A stretch of 64,000 nt of DNA from Octopus sinensis (Eukaryota), in assembly GCF_006345805.1 (NCBI RefSeq), contig NC_042998.1, positions 104,036,001 to 104,100,000 on the forward strand. The letters run 5' to 3'. Position 1 is the stretch's first letter. Every line of letters begins with the position of its first letter. Under the pieces are notes generated by a model. It was not told the DNA's origin, searched no databases, and saw nothing but the letters and a program-made list of their open reading frames with translations. The position numbers and the translations under genes were made by a program. Shown here piece by piece: positions 51,995 through 64,000 of the stretch.

Positions 51995-52645
51995 GTGGTG
52001 ATTGACGATTTAAAATCTATATTAGCATAGAAATCTTTTTCTTTGGCCCTTGTTTATAATTGTTTATAACTTTTACCTTTAAATGTATCTTAATATGCTG
52101 GCCACTTTGATGAAATTTAAAAAAAAATTTTTTTTATCCTATATTAGAAGTAAATTTATTACCATTCACTTCGGGACTGGTAACCACTCTAAGTTATTGT
52201 TCGTGACCGATCACACGTGTCCTGAGGCTTGCTAAAGGATTTTATATTTAGATATAACTGGGATACTTATGTGTACACATGACTCTTGTTTCTGCCTTTT
52301 TCCATGAGTGCTTGTAGGTATTTCATTTATTTCTTATCGTATTCTCTACTGAAGAGGGAAAATCCGATAGATTAATCCCGAAATTGATTCAATATAGAGG
52401 TAACGAATTTTTTTTCTTCTGTTACCTTGCCTTCCTCGATTTCAGCACAACGTTTATTCATAGGGAATGTATATTGTAATGTGATTGACGATTTAATGTC
52501 TATTCTCAGCATATTGGCATAGAAATCTATTTTCTTTACCCCTTGTTTATAATTGTCTATACTTTTCACCTTTAAAGGTATTTTAATATGCTGGACATTT
52601 ATATGGAATATTTGGAAAACAATTTTATCCTCTATTAGAAGTATA
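51995..52645 (+). mobile_element. Non-coding TSD-flanked retroelement, 1.3 tandem units of 483 bp
   Basis: Direct repeats 51998-52152 and 52481-52643; flanking duplication (TA)6ACATTT at 51977-51994 and 52646-52663; internal HHR. Confidence 0.75.
52337..52406 (+). ncRNA. Complete type I hammerhead ribozyme
   Basis: Stem I UCUCUA/UAGAGG, core CUGAAGA (52349-55), stem II GGGA/UCCC plus AAUC/GAUU, GAA, stem III AUUG-auu-CAAU, AUA triplet with predicted cleavage 3' of 52394. Confidence 0.85.
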
Positions 52646-52799
52646 TATATATATATAACATTTCAGTGCTTGCCTGTCTTATATTTAATAACAATATATT
52701 CATTCTATCATGCTCATAAGGTATTGCACATTCCAAGTTTGTAGGATGGGATCAAAATGCTACCTTCCTGGTAAATAACTATACCTTCTATTGTTCCTA

Positions 52800-52885
52800 C
52801 AGGTTTTTCTAAACCCAGTAAAAGAACTCGGAAGGTTGGGGATCTTCAGGTTTTTCTAAACCCAGTAAAAGAACTCGGAAGGTTT
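52800..52885. repeat. 38-bp duplication, possibly a mariner C-terminal snippet on the minus strand
   Basis: caggtttttctaaacccagtaaaagaactcggaaggtt occurs twice; minus strand resembles PSEFF..GLEK. Confidence 0.55.
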
Positions 52886-53187
52886 ACAGGATACTTTCAT
52901 ATCTCTCCTCTTTACCGTTTCATATACATCAAAATATTAAAGAGAAAGCAGCTGGAGCGAGGTAAACGGTAAAAGTGAGAAAGTATACAGAAGATGGGCG
53001 ATAAGACCTCAGAGAGAATGCATTACATTCTCACACATGCTTCTTCTCCGGCTATCACTCTTTTTCTGTCTTGTCTACGTCGTCATTCTCCTCTATCGCT
53101 ATATAGATATATATATATGTGTGTGTGTGTGTGTGGTGTGTGTGTGTGTGTATGTGTGTGTGTGTGTGTTTATATATGTATGTATAT

Positions 53188-53400
53188 ATATGTGGTTAAT
53201 CCAAACATGAACAAAGAGAAAACACAACAACGCGAGGACGTGGAACGAGTATAGTGTTTTTGGACGATCAGGAAAGGAAAGAAAAAAGGAGGATTTCATG
53301 TTTCGAGCGGAGCTCTTCGTCAGAAACATAGAAAAAGGAAAAGTCCAAGGAAGGGAAGACGGAGAAAGAAATCGCCAACGATACATACGCGGTCACATAT
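53188..53400 (-). mobile_element. Penelope-like terminal-repeat fragment with HHR core
   Basis: Minus strand CTGACGA-A-GAGC-tcc-GCTC-GAAAC at ~53300-53323; flanked by TA-rich arrays. Confidence 0.65.
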
Positions 53401-53409
53401 TCAAATCTG

Positions 53410-54159
<750 letters not shown>

Positions 54160-54329
54160 CTCTCTATGTATGCTTCTCTATATCTAGCTAGCTAGCTATT
54201 TATAAGTGCGTGTATGTGTGTGCGTGCATCACTGTGAGAAGTATATTTTAAGTCCAAGTCCGTCGCTAACAAAGCAGCAAAACTTTTTAAGTGAAGAGAT
54301 TTCTCAGTGTTTGTAAATATGTGGTTGAG

Positions 54330-54612
54330 TTGGTGTGTTGGTTCAATTGTCGATGCAGACGCCTAGAATGATTGGAGATGCCGCTAATAGATTGAACTGG
54401 GAGAATGTGCGTCATCTTCTTCTGCACTTTCTCCGAGAAACCTAGAAGGTCTATGTTTGCGTGTGAATCTGCTGAGACATTCTCTAATGCATGATAGGTG
54501 CAAATGAAAATTTTATTGTAGAGTTGTAAGTTCTGCATTAGATCAAAATAAATGTTCTTGTATTTTCGTGGTTCATTCACATCCTCTGGGTAGCTGACCT
54601 CTACAACAGTGT
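54330..54612 (-). mobile_element. Highly decayed RLE-LINE C-terminus
   Basis: TVVEVSYPEDVN..NIYFDLMQNLQL..ALENV..ANIDLLGFSEK..ILPVQSISG aligns with the element at 1-672 (TVVEISCLTDVN..LRN.Q.L..ALGYV..NLENLGF..LQIQSI). Confidence 0.65.
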
Positions 54613-56149
54613 ATGGCTTTTTTTCCTTGTCCTATAGATATTTGTTGTACGTGTGTATGTGCATTTGTATGTTTGTATGTATGTTTGTATGTATGTATGT
54701 ATGTATGTATGTATGTATGTATGTATGTATGTATGTATGTATGTATGTTTGCATATATGTATGCGTGTATGTATGTATGGGTATGTGTATATAAGCATGT
54801 ACGTATGTTTGCATATATGTATGCGTGTATGTAAATATAGTGTATGTATATACATTTGTGTATATACGCATACGCACACGCGTAAGCTCGCTAATATGCG
54901 TATATCGATACACATGCCGTCCAACCCGTGCCAGCATGGAAAACGGATGTTAAATGATGATGATAAGGAGGAGGAAGAAGAGGAGGAAATTATCATTCTT
55001 TTTTTCTTTCTTTTCCTTGTTGTTCACTCAACCTTCATACTGTCCCCTTCCTATTTCCCTTTTAATTCTCTCTTCCTTCTTGCCATTCTTTATTGTTTGA
55101 CTGCATGCTCGGGTCAATTACCTTCATTCTATGCAGCACCACAACACCAGGGGCTCGGAGGCTTTTGGTCAAGTAGTTGTGTTGACATGGTTTTTAAAAT
55201 CAATTTTAATACTCGTCGAATGGTAAAGGTGTGGGTGATAGTAACAGTGATAATGATGGAGACGGTGAAGATGGAGGTGATGACAGGGTGGTGAAAAATG
55301 TAGGATTATGATGGTGGTGATGGTAATGGTGATGGTGGCGGTGATTATTGTAGCGGAGAGGATATGATAATTATGGCAAAGAAGGAGAGGAGGGGTTGCG
55401 GAAAGGTGATTATGTCGATGATGATAATAACGGTAATAACAATGGTATTAACATCAATAACAATAACGGGAAAGCCTGGCGGGTACATCCAGAGAACACG
55501 CAGATATAATGGTTATAGACAATATACACACACTTATACTAACATACACCTTCATATACACAAATGCACACACATGCTCACACAACCATATACATACACC
55601 TCACACACGACTCTCTCACGCATGCATATAACACTCGCACCACATCATACATATATCTATACCATTTGTACTTACACGCACTCACTGATATTACCGATGC
55701 ATACTGCACACACATTAAGAACCAATGAATTAAAGATCCAGTTCCATGCGGGTCCTAAACAGATGCGCTAGAATTATATAGATACTTTGTGACGATCGCT
55801 TTGTTTCGAAGTCATTATTAACGGACAACAAATCAATTTTACTTCCGCTCTTTCAGACTGAACACCATAAAGATCATGTCACAATGAGTCGAGCAAATTG
55901 ATAAAACATTAATTCTGTATATATGTTTTTTCATTATTTTCTTCTGTGTGTACGTGTGTGTGTGTGCGCGTGTATTTTTGTATTACCATATTTGGAGCAA
56001 ACGATTATTATTTTTGTATTGTTTGGGTGGGGGTTCCTTCTGTGATTTGACTGCGATCCCCGTAAATTGATTCGTAAGATTTTGTGTAATAAGTTTTAGG
56101 TCTCTGCGTTATTTTGAATGCGCTAAGTGCACAATGCAATGTATGTAAT

Positions 56150-56184
56150 GTTTGATGTTCTTCTTGTTGTTATTGTTGTTGTTG

Positions 56185-56256
<72 letters not shown>

Positions 56257-56312
56257 TTACTATCATCATCATCATCATCATCATCATTATTATTATTACT
56301 ATTATTATTTAT
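56150..56312. repeat. (TTA)n/(GTT)n/(TCA)n array, the tail or target of the adjacent LINE
   Basis: Direct reading. Confidence 0.95.
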
Positions 56313-57545
56313 TGCCTTTGCACGGCTTCAAACACTGGAGATGTACTACGGTGCCAGCTGTTCACTACCAGTGAACTATGGTAACATCCCTTATTTTTCG
56401 AGCACCTACCGGAGTATTCGAGCGGTTCCAAGCAATGCTGTTTTGTGCAAGCGCTCCACCTTTATTGCAGCCCCTATTTGTGCCATGTACTTATCAAGAT
56501 TTTTACTCGCTGTTCCCAGGGCTCCGACAATTATTCGTACTACTACCATCTTTTTCAGCGACCACAACTGCCCAACCTCCCAAGCTAGCCTATCATATAT
56601 ATCGACTTTTCTTTCTTCCTTATCGCATACCTTGTTGTCAGCTGGACATGCTATATCTATGATCCAGCATCGTTTGCTTTCTTTCTCAATTAACACTCTG
56701 TCTGGTTTCCTATTCTTTATCTCATGATCGCACTGAATCATAAAGTCCCATAGGATCTTTACATTATCATTTTCTATTATGCCTTCGAGTTTATGTTCAT
56801 ACCAATTTTTGTTCTCTCATGTCCATACTTGTTGCAAAGTATGGAATGAACAATCCTTGCTATATTGTCATGACGTCTCTTTTATTCTTTCTGAACTAGT
56901 GGCGTACACTGACTGGCAATAAGCCATACGGCGTACATTGACTGGTAATATGCCATACGGCGTACATTGACTGGTAATATGCCATACGGTTTCACCATTT
57001 TTATCCACAAATTCTGCACTTATCACTTTCTGATGTTTTGACTATCCTGTATTTGATGTAATTGGTTCTTAATGTTTGCTCTTGGGCAGCACAGATTAGA
57101 GCCTCCATTTCCGGTTTTAAATCACTTTTAGTCATCCATTTTCTCTCTGTCTGTCTTATTTTCAACATCCCTATGAAATTTCCCAAGTATTCTTTTCTTT
57201 ATCCACCTACATTCAGTTTTGTTCATTCTCAAGTGCGTGTACAGTGCTTTATCTTTGCAGTCTTCCATCCTACTCAAGCCTGACCGTGATTCTGTGGCAT
57301 TTTAAAATACCATGCTATGTTGTTTTGTTCTGCTCTAAAGCTGTGTTCGCATCCACTCAGTTCTCCCCCCCTTTTTTTCTAAGTACATACAGTCTGTCTG
57401 TGTTACTTGTTGGGTAGAGTATCACATATCTAGTCAGCAACTTCCTTGTCTTTCTGTCTAAGCTGTTTAGTTTGTCTACTATCCATGCGATTACTCTTGC
57501 TTCATCTCTAAGTAGTGAAACCGCCCAGATGCTGATGCAATCAAC
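56312..57545 (-). mobile_element. 5'-truncated R4/Dong-type non-LTR retrotransposon ending in (AAT)n
   Basis: RT thumb WAVSLLR..LDRKTRKLLT..DRLYV.RKKGG; EALICAAQEQTLRTN..KCRICG..GETVWHITSQC..RRHD; endonuclease NRKPDRVLIEK..CWIIDIACP..VVRIIVGALGT..KTALLGTARILR. Confidence 0.92.
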
Positions 57546-58390
57546 ATTTATAATATCACACATCAATAAAATAAACACAAAAGTAACGTATAATAACACA
57601 CACACACACAAAAAATAATTCCGACTGCAATCTTATCCACAATAATCGTGATATTATTTTCACTGAAGCGACAAAGACCACTTCATCTGGAAGATGGTGC
57701 TCAGAAGATCTTGAAATACTTTTGATGGCTTTTAAAAATGCAAAGACTTTACATGAAAATAAATGGAAAATATCGTCAGTAAAACGACGAAGTAATCAAC
57801 AGAATTATTTCCGGTTTTCAGCTTTTTGGTTCCAGATTTCTACGAGGATAGCCTTACTTTCGTCGAACAAAAACAGATTGTGACATCTGTTCGGGCACTT
57901 TACACTCTGAATTCTGTTTCAGCTTTCTATTAGCAGTTTCCTGATGGCCTTCAGGGCCCAGTTACACAGTTAAGAGTGATATGCCTCCAATGTCAAACAC
58001 AACAATGCGTTTTCTTTGATTTGGAGCAGCAACTTTTTCGCATCAATATGCATGACTGTAAAATATACATTCTATACTGAGAAGTGATAAGTAGAAGAAC
58101 ATGCGCGTGTGTTTGTGGTGCGTGCATGGGTGTGCACATGTGTATATATGTATGTATTTGTGTATATATGTTTGTGTATGTGTGTGTGAACGCATGTGTG
58201 AACGCGTATGTGTATGTGTGTGAGTTTGTGCGTGTGTGTTTGTGTGTGTAAACAAATTTTTAAAAACAGAGAAGCTTGAAGTTTTAATTTTTCTTTAAAT
58301 ATTCATTAACATTATTAATTCTATCTTCATACTACAATATTGTCACTATCTCTGCGAGGGATGATTTTTCGTTTTACGCATCGTCTAGCT

Positions 58391-58732
58391 CACTGGTTCT
58401 CAACTGAGGTCCAAATGGCCTGTGAGGATCTATATAAGATTGGGTGGGGGGCATGCAAAAGAATAGTAAATTGAGGATTCACAATAGTATTTTAAGAACC
58501 CCAGAAAAAATTTTGCTTTCGATGTATGTATTGCAAGAAACAGCTAGGTTTCTTTTTCTAACATTTTATAAATTTCAGCCTATATAAATTTATGTGTGAA
58601 ATAAAAATTAGGAATTTTGAAAGAAGTTTCTATAAAACTAGTTTTTAAACATCGAATGGATTTAGGGGTCCACCAGAAGAAAATAGTAATCAAAGGGTCC
58701 ATAGATAAAAAAAAATCTGTTAAGAACCCTTG
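58391..58732. mobile_element. hAT-type MITE
   Basis: TIR cactggttctcaac / gttaagaacccttg; perfect 8-bp TSD GTCTAGCT (58383-90, 58733-40). Confidence 0.85.
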
Positions 58733-59379
58733 GTCTAGCTGGTGCGAATTTATTAAGAAGTATAATTGATTAAGCTGATCTTAATAGATTATTGGCCTTA
58801 CTAAATGAACTTGCCGGAAAGGTATGTAAGTCAAGGTTCGCTCGGGTGGGTTTTGCACTCTCATTCTAGACCAGTAAGTTTTCAATGGCGAAAGAATGAG
58901 TGGAAAGTGTATTTCATTTTGATGGAATTTGATTGCAAAGTGATGGAACAGTTACCGCAGAGCATTTTTTGTTCGACGCTCTAACGATTCTGCAAATCTA
59001 TCGCCTTCAAAACACCCGGGTAGATACCTAGTGAAGTTAATTTACGTCCCTTTACGTCTTTATCTAAATTCCACCGAAGGCGAATTTTTTTTTTTAAATA
59101 TTTCTGTGATAAGTTAAAAACATACCGGTCTCTGACGGTTGTCTTCCACTACATCTAGAAGCATTTCTACATTTGGAAGATGGACAAACATTTAAAGAGA
59201 GCTTATGGCGCTTCTGTTTAAAAGAAGAAAATGTTCCACATTGGCACAATACCAAAAGTTATTGAGGAGAAATATCACCGAAGTTATACATCACCGTCGA
59301 TGCCTAGTATATAATTAATTTAAGAAGGGAAGAAAAGCGAAATTCGATTTGAAACATGAAGGGACTTCAATAAATAACG

Positions 59380-59565
59380 ATTTCAAATTTTGACATACAG
59401 CCAGCAATTTCAGGGAAAAGGTAAGCCTATTACTTCGACCCCAGTGCTTAACTGGTACTTATTATATCGACCCCGAAAATGATGAAAAGCAAAGTCGACC
59501 TCGGCGGAATTTGATCTCAGAACGTAAAGACGTGCTAACGATTCTACCAGCTCGCCGCCCTAACT
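59380..59565 (-). mobile_element. Nin-domain-type SINE
   Basis: cgaccccagtgcttaactggtacttattatatcgaccccgaaaatgatgaaaagcaaagtcgacctcggcggaatttga. Confidence 0.8.
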
Positions 59566-60599
59566 TCAAGGAATATTATAATGAATTCCAAGTAACATCT
59601 TCAAAGCAGAAGGAATGGCAGACTCATTTGGGCGTCGGGTAACATGCTTAACGTAATTCTTACTTGCTCTACCAATTCCAACTTTGCTTTTCATTCTTTC
59701 GGGATTCCATAAATAACATACCACTCAATAACTGGAATCAATTATTTTCCTCTCATAATTGCCTATGCTGTCTAAATCTCCAAGCTGCATTTGGGCTCCA
59801 CATGAAATGAAGTGGCACATTGTTTTGAAACAGTTGTCGATCATATCGATAAGTAGTTCTTATGTCGCTCCTGTATTTATTTTATCAATCTCAGTTTGTC
59901 GAACCATTTTTGATACATGCCAAAAATGATCATGGCACAAGCAACGCCCATTATTAAACCGATGTAAGCATAAAACAAATACACATATATACATACACAT
60001 ATAGTATGCGCGCATGTGTGAATCCGCACCGATTCAGTTGACCAAATTCCACTGATCAGTTATATAATCCGAGGATATTGTATAAAATAATTTTGGGACG
60101 TGTTGTCTAGTGACACAGAGCTTGTAAGCACTTTGTTTGAAATCGAATATCTTAGCAACACATACTTATCTTGACAACACAACACGTGCCCTACATGCGA
60201 TTGGTACTTATTTTGTAACCCGGAAGAATGAAACACGTAGTTGAAATTATTGGTGGGAGTATAATTCGAACACAGGTTTAAAGATTGCTCTAAATTGAGT
60301 GAAGGTATGTATTTTGGTGTTCTAACAATTATACCACACTATCACCTTCAAGGAATCAATAGTAATAATAAACGTCAAGGAACAAAATACAAGTAGAAAA
60401 GAAGATGCAAATCAAGTGAAGATAGGAAATAAAAAGCAAAGAAAAACCGAAAAAGATTAGAGGAAGTATAAAAATATATATAAAAAAACGATTGTCGATG
60501 AGGGCGGGGATTGACAAAACAAACAAACGGAAAAGAGAACAGAAAAAAAAAATTGAGAAGAAAAATAAAATTGCAAGAAGGTAAGAGAGAATTATAGCG

Positions 60600-60648
60600 A
60601 GAAGGAAATAATAATAATAATAAAAAAAAAAATATAATAAAAAAAAAA

Positions 60649-60694
<46 letters not shown>

Positions 60695-60726
60695 TAATAA
60701 TGATGATGATGATGATGATGATGATG

Positions 60727-60798
<72 letters not shown>

Positions 60799-60815
60799 GT
60801 GATGATGATGATGAT
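60600..60815. repeat. (AAT)n/(GAT)n arrays
   Basis: Direct reading. Confidence 0.95.
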
Positions 60816-60924
60816 GTGAAAAACAAATTGGAACAAAGAATCACTTGTTCTGCACTTAAAGCTTTAATCATGCTGAACGAGGACATCTGCACAGTAGAGA
60901 GCGACGGGAAGGTAGAGAGAGAGA

Positions 60925-60973
<49 letters not shown>

Positions 60974-61469
60974 AAAGAAAGAGAATGTTCTGGTGTATTT
61001 GTGAATGTGTGTATGTGTGTGTTTGCGTGTGTGAGTGTGTGTGTGCACGCGCGTTTGCACTTGGTGTGAATTGCAGTCAATTCTCGACATTTTGCAGTCT
61101 AAACGGAACGCAGTTATTTCATTATTTCCAATACCTTGTAAATTGGCATTTCCGCCAAGTTTCTTTTTTCCACAGACCGTCGAGGAGAGCCCATTAGAGG
61201 TTGTTATAGACACTCGAGTGTGGTTCAGTTGATTTAATTTGTATCATTTCACTTCGATATTTGCAGGGTGACGGCGACAACGCACCCGCAGGCCGCAGAG
61301 CAACAGCCAACCAACGCCACCCGCCTCGAAACCCTCGACATAATTACTCCCACATCATATTTTTCGCCCTCTTCTGTCTACCTCTGTTATGTATTTACGT
61401 GCTACTGTGTGTACGTGTGTGAACACATGTCTGTGTGTATACATAGTATGTATGTATGTATGTATGTAC

Positions 61470-61494
61470 ACGATAGACAGACAGACAGACAGAC

Positions 61495-61567
<73 letters not shown>

Positions 61568-61685
61568 TATATATAGATAGATAGATAGATAGGTAGGTAG
61601 GTAGGTAGGTAGGTAGGTAGGTAGGTAGGTAGGTAAGTAGGTAGATAGACAGACAGACAGATAAATAGATAGATAGATAGCTAGC

Positions 61686-61733
<48 letters not shown>

Positions 61734-61745
61734 GAGATAGAGAGC

Positions 61746-61806
<61 letters not shown>
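61470..61806. repeat. (GACA)n/(GATA)n/(GGTA)n tetranucleotide array
   Basis: Direct reading. Confidence 0.97.
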
Positions 61807-61945
61807 GTGGTAACATACATAGGAATGTATGTCTGAATGGATGTATGGTAGTGCGAGCGTGTGATTACATATACATATATATATATATATATATATACAC
61901 ACAGATATATATTTATAATGTACGTATGTATGTATGTATAAACGA

Positions 61946-61999
<54 letters not shown>

Positions 62000-62528
62000 T
62001 ATATATATGTGTGTGTGTGTGTATGTGTGTGTGTGTGTGTATATATATATATGTATGTATAAGTATATATATAGAAGTGCGTACCCATGTGTGTGTGTGC
62101 ATATGTATTTGCATGGGTGCGTACATGTGTGGTGTACGTATGTATCTGTGTGTGTTTCTCGTCTTATACGAATTTCGGTTTGGGAGGAGAATGTCAGCCA
62201 AATGCTGAACTTGGAACTGAGGTTTTTACTGGCGTAATGTCACCAAGAGAATACTGCACCGCCACCACTACCACCACCACCACCAACAAAAACAACAACA
62301 ACGACGACAGCAGCAACAACAAAAACAACTACAAAGTACACAAAAGTTGTGAAAACGGGAACATAAATATACAGATGAAATAAAACAGAAGGTCAAATGC
62401 ACATTCGTTGTCGCTAATTGACCACTCTATATAGACTACGTCGGAAGCGGTGCATTGATCAATTTGTACAAACATGTCTTCCCACTCCCTCTATGCGCAC
62501 GCATGCGTTCATCCTTGAATGCATCCTT

Positions 62529-62565
<37 letters not shown>

Positions 62566-62736
62566 CCTATTTGTAATGTCATGCATGAGTAAGTAGCCAT
62601 AAGATTGAAGAGATATTCATAACAGCAGACGAAAGAGAATAGAGGTTGCACAATAAATGACGCTACAACTGCAATACCAAAACGATCCTTAGCGCAAAAT
62701 TGATTTCATATTCATTTAAAAATATAATGCTCTCTC

Positions 62737-62784
<48 letters not shown>

Positions 62785-62879
62785 ACCCACTCTTTCTCCT
62801 CACTCCGTCCCTCTGAACAACATACATATATATATAGATAGATCGTTAGCCACTATACACATTTTTTTCGCTCCTTGTC

Positions 62880-63012
62880 TTTTCTGTGTCCCTTTCTGTA
62901 GAAGAGCGTAGGCTCGAAACAAAAGAATTTTTCTATTCCTGAGCGTTATACTAATACATCTGCTTCATTTGTACACCACCTGTCTCCGTCTTTTGTTTTT
63001 TTCGTAAACTCT

Positions 63013-63013
<1 letters not shown>
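62880..63013 (+). mobile_element. Penelope-like terminal-repeat fragment with degenerate HHR
   Basis: cttt-CTGTAGA-A-GAGC-gtag-GCTC-GAAAC-a-aaag; ends at (TA)n. Confidence 0.55.
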
Positions 63014-63054
<41 letters not shown>

Positions 63055-63059
<5 letters not shown>

Positions 63060-64000
63060 AATCCAAACGGGAAAACAAAAAAACAACAACAGTGGAACAA
63101 TTACAGTATTATTATTAATAGGCGCTCAGGATATATGGAAGCAGGAAGGTATGACGTTTCGAGCGGAGCTCTTCGTCGGAAACATAAAGAAGGAAGAGAG
63201 AGGAAAGAAAGATCCCAAAGCGGGCAACAGGAGATGGAGAAAAAAACGACTGGTGTTTACGAAGTACACATGGTGAAAGGCGGAAGTTTACGAACACAAG
63301 AGCAAAGTAGGTTTTTAAAGCCAAAAGAGTGGAGACAGGGTTGGTAACGCAACAGATGTGTGTGTATGTGTGAGTGTGTGCGTCTGCGTGTGTGTATGTG
63401 TGTGTGAGGCGAGATAAAAAAACAAAAAATATATGTATGTGTTAGTGTGTGCGTCTGTGTGTAGGCGTGTGAGGTAGGGCGAGACAGTAGTAGGCATAGC
63501 AGACAGTGGTCAGTAGTAAGAAAATGAAGGAAGGAGGAAGGGAGGGAGGGGAAGGGTGGGGGCGTATGTAACGTGCCAGCGTGTGTTGAGTAGTAGTGTG
63601 TGTGTGTGTCCATTGTCGTGGTAGTATTAATGGCGAGTAGATTGAATGTGTGTAAGAGTAATGTATATATTTAAGCAATGTGTGTGTGTGAGTGGGTGTG
63701 TATATGTGTGCGCGCGTGTGTAACAAAAAAGGGGGGGTTAAGGAAAAAGGACTCCAGCTGAGGGGAAGATGGAAGAGTGGTCCCGCGGAGACGGGCGTGG
63801 AAGAACCCGACGACAAGCGACGGTCCCAGGAACCAGCGGAAGGTCTCGTCGGGTCCAAGAGCGAGGTGCATGCAGCGCGTATGAGTGCGCGAACCGGCGC
63901 AAGCGCGTGTGTGCGCGCGCCTGCGAGTATGCGCGTAAGTATGTATGTGTGTGGATGTGTGAGTGTGTCTGTGTGTATGTCTGGGTGTCTGTGTGTATGT
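63055..64000 (-). mobile_element. Penelope-like terminal-repeat element (copy 2 of 4810-5450), extending into a GC/CpG-rich segment
   Basis: Long near-identity to 4810-5450, including CCGACGAAGAGCTCCGCTCGAAACGTC; abuts (TA)n at 63017-63055. Confidence 0.7.

Noticed and set aside
62430-62510. ETS-like (tcggaag) and NRF1-like (gcgcacgcatgcg) promoter motifs
   Set aside because: Imperfect matches next to GC/GT-type repeats; insufficient evidence
63720-64000. GC-rich minus-strand ORFs as a GIY-YIG or host exon
   Set aside because: None of the three frames shows a known motif; the segment is contiguous with a repeat shared with 4810-5450

Overview
AT-rich eukaryotic DNA saturated with microsatellites. 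The SINE, LINE and Penelope content and TTAGGG-type repeats point to a coleoid cephalopod such as Octopus (inference). No intact protein-coding gene is recognisable, and almost all ORFs in the track are microsatellite translations. Supported content: a decayed Penelope-like element (RT plus GIY-YIG, 39.4-42.2 kb); three decayed restriction-like-endonuclease (R4/Dong-type) LINE 3' ends; two mariner remnants; two hAT-type MITEs and one Merlin-like MITE with 8-bp TSDs; and several tRNA-derived and Nin-domain SINE families. The most striking pattern is a set of non-coding elements, mostly abutting (TA)n, that carry hammerhead-ribozyme (HHR) cores and/or form long fold-back palindromes. Three HHRs look structurally intact by hand-folding. 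Two are mirror images in the arms of a ~900-bp palindrome (49731-50627). The third lies in a TSD-flanked 1.3-unit tandem element with retrozyme-like architecture (51995-52645). Also notable are a tRNA-head + (AAT)n + HHR terminal repeat on the Penelope element and a 1.7-kb block of roughly 10-bp-phased T-tracts. All alignments and folds were done by eye, so boundaries are approximate.
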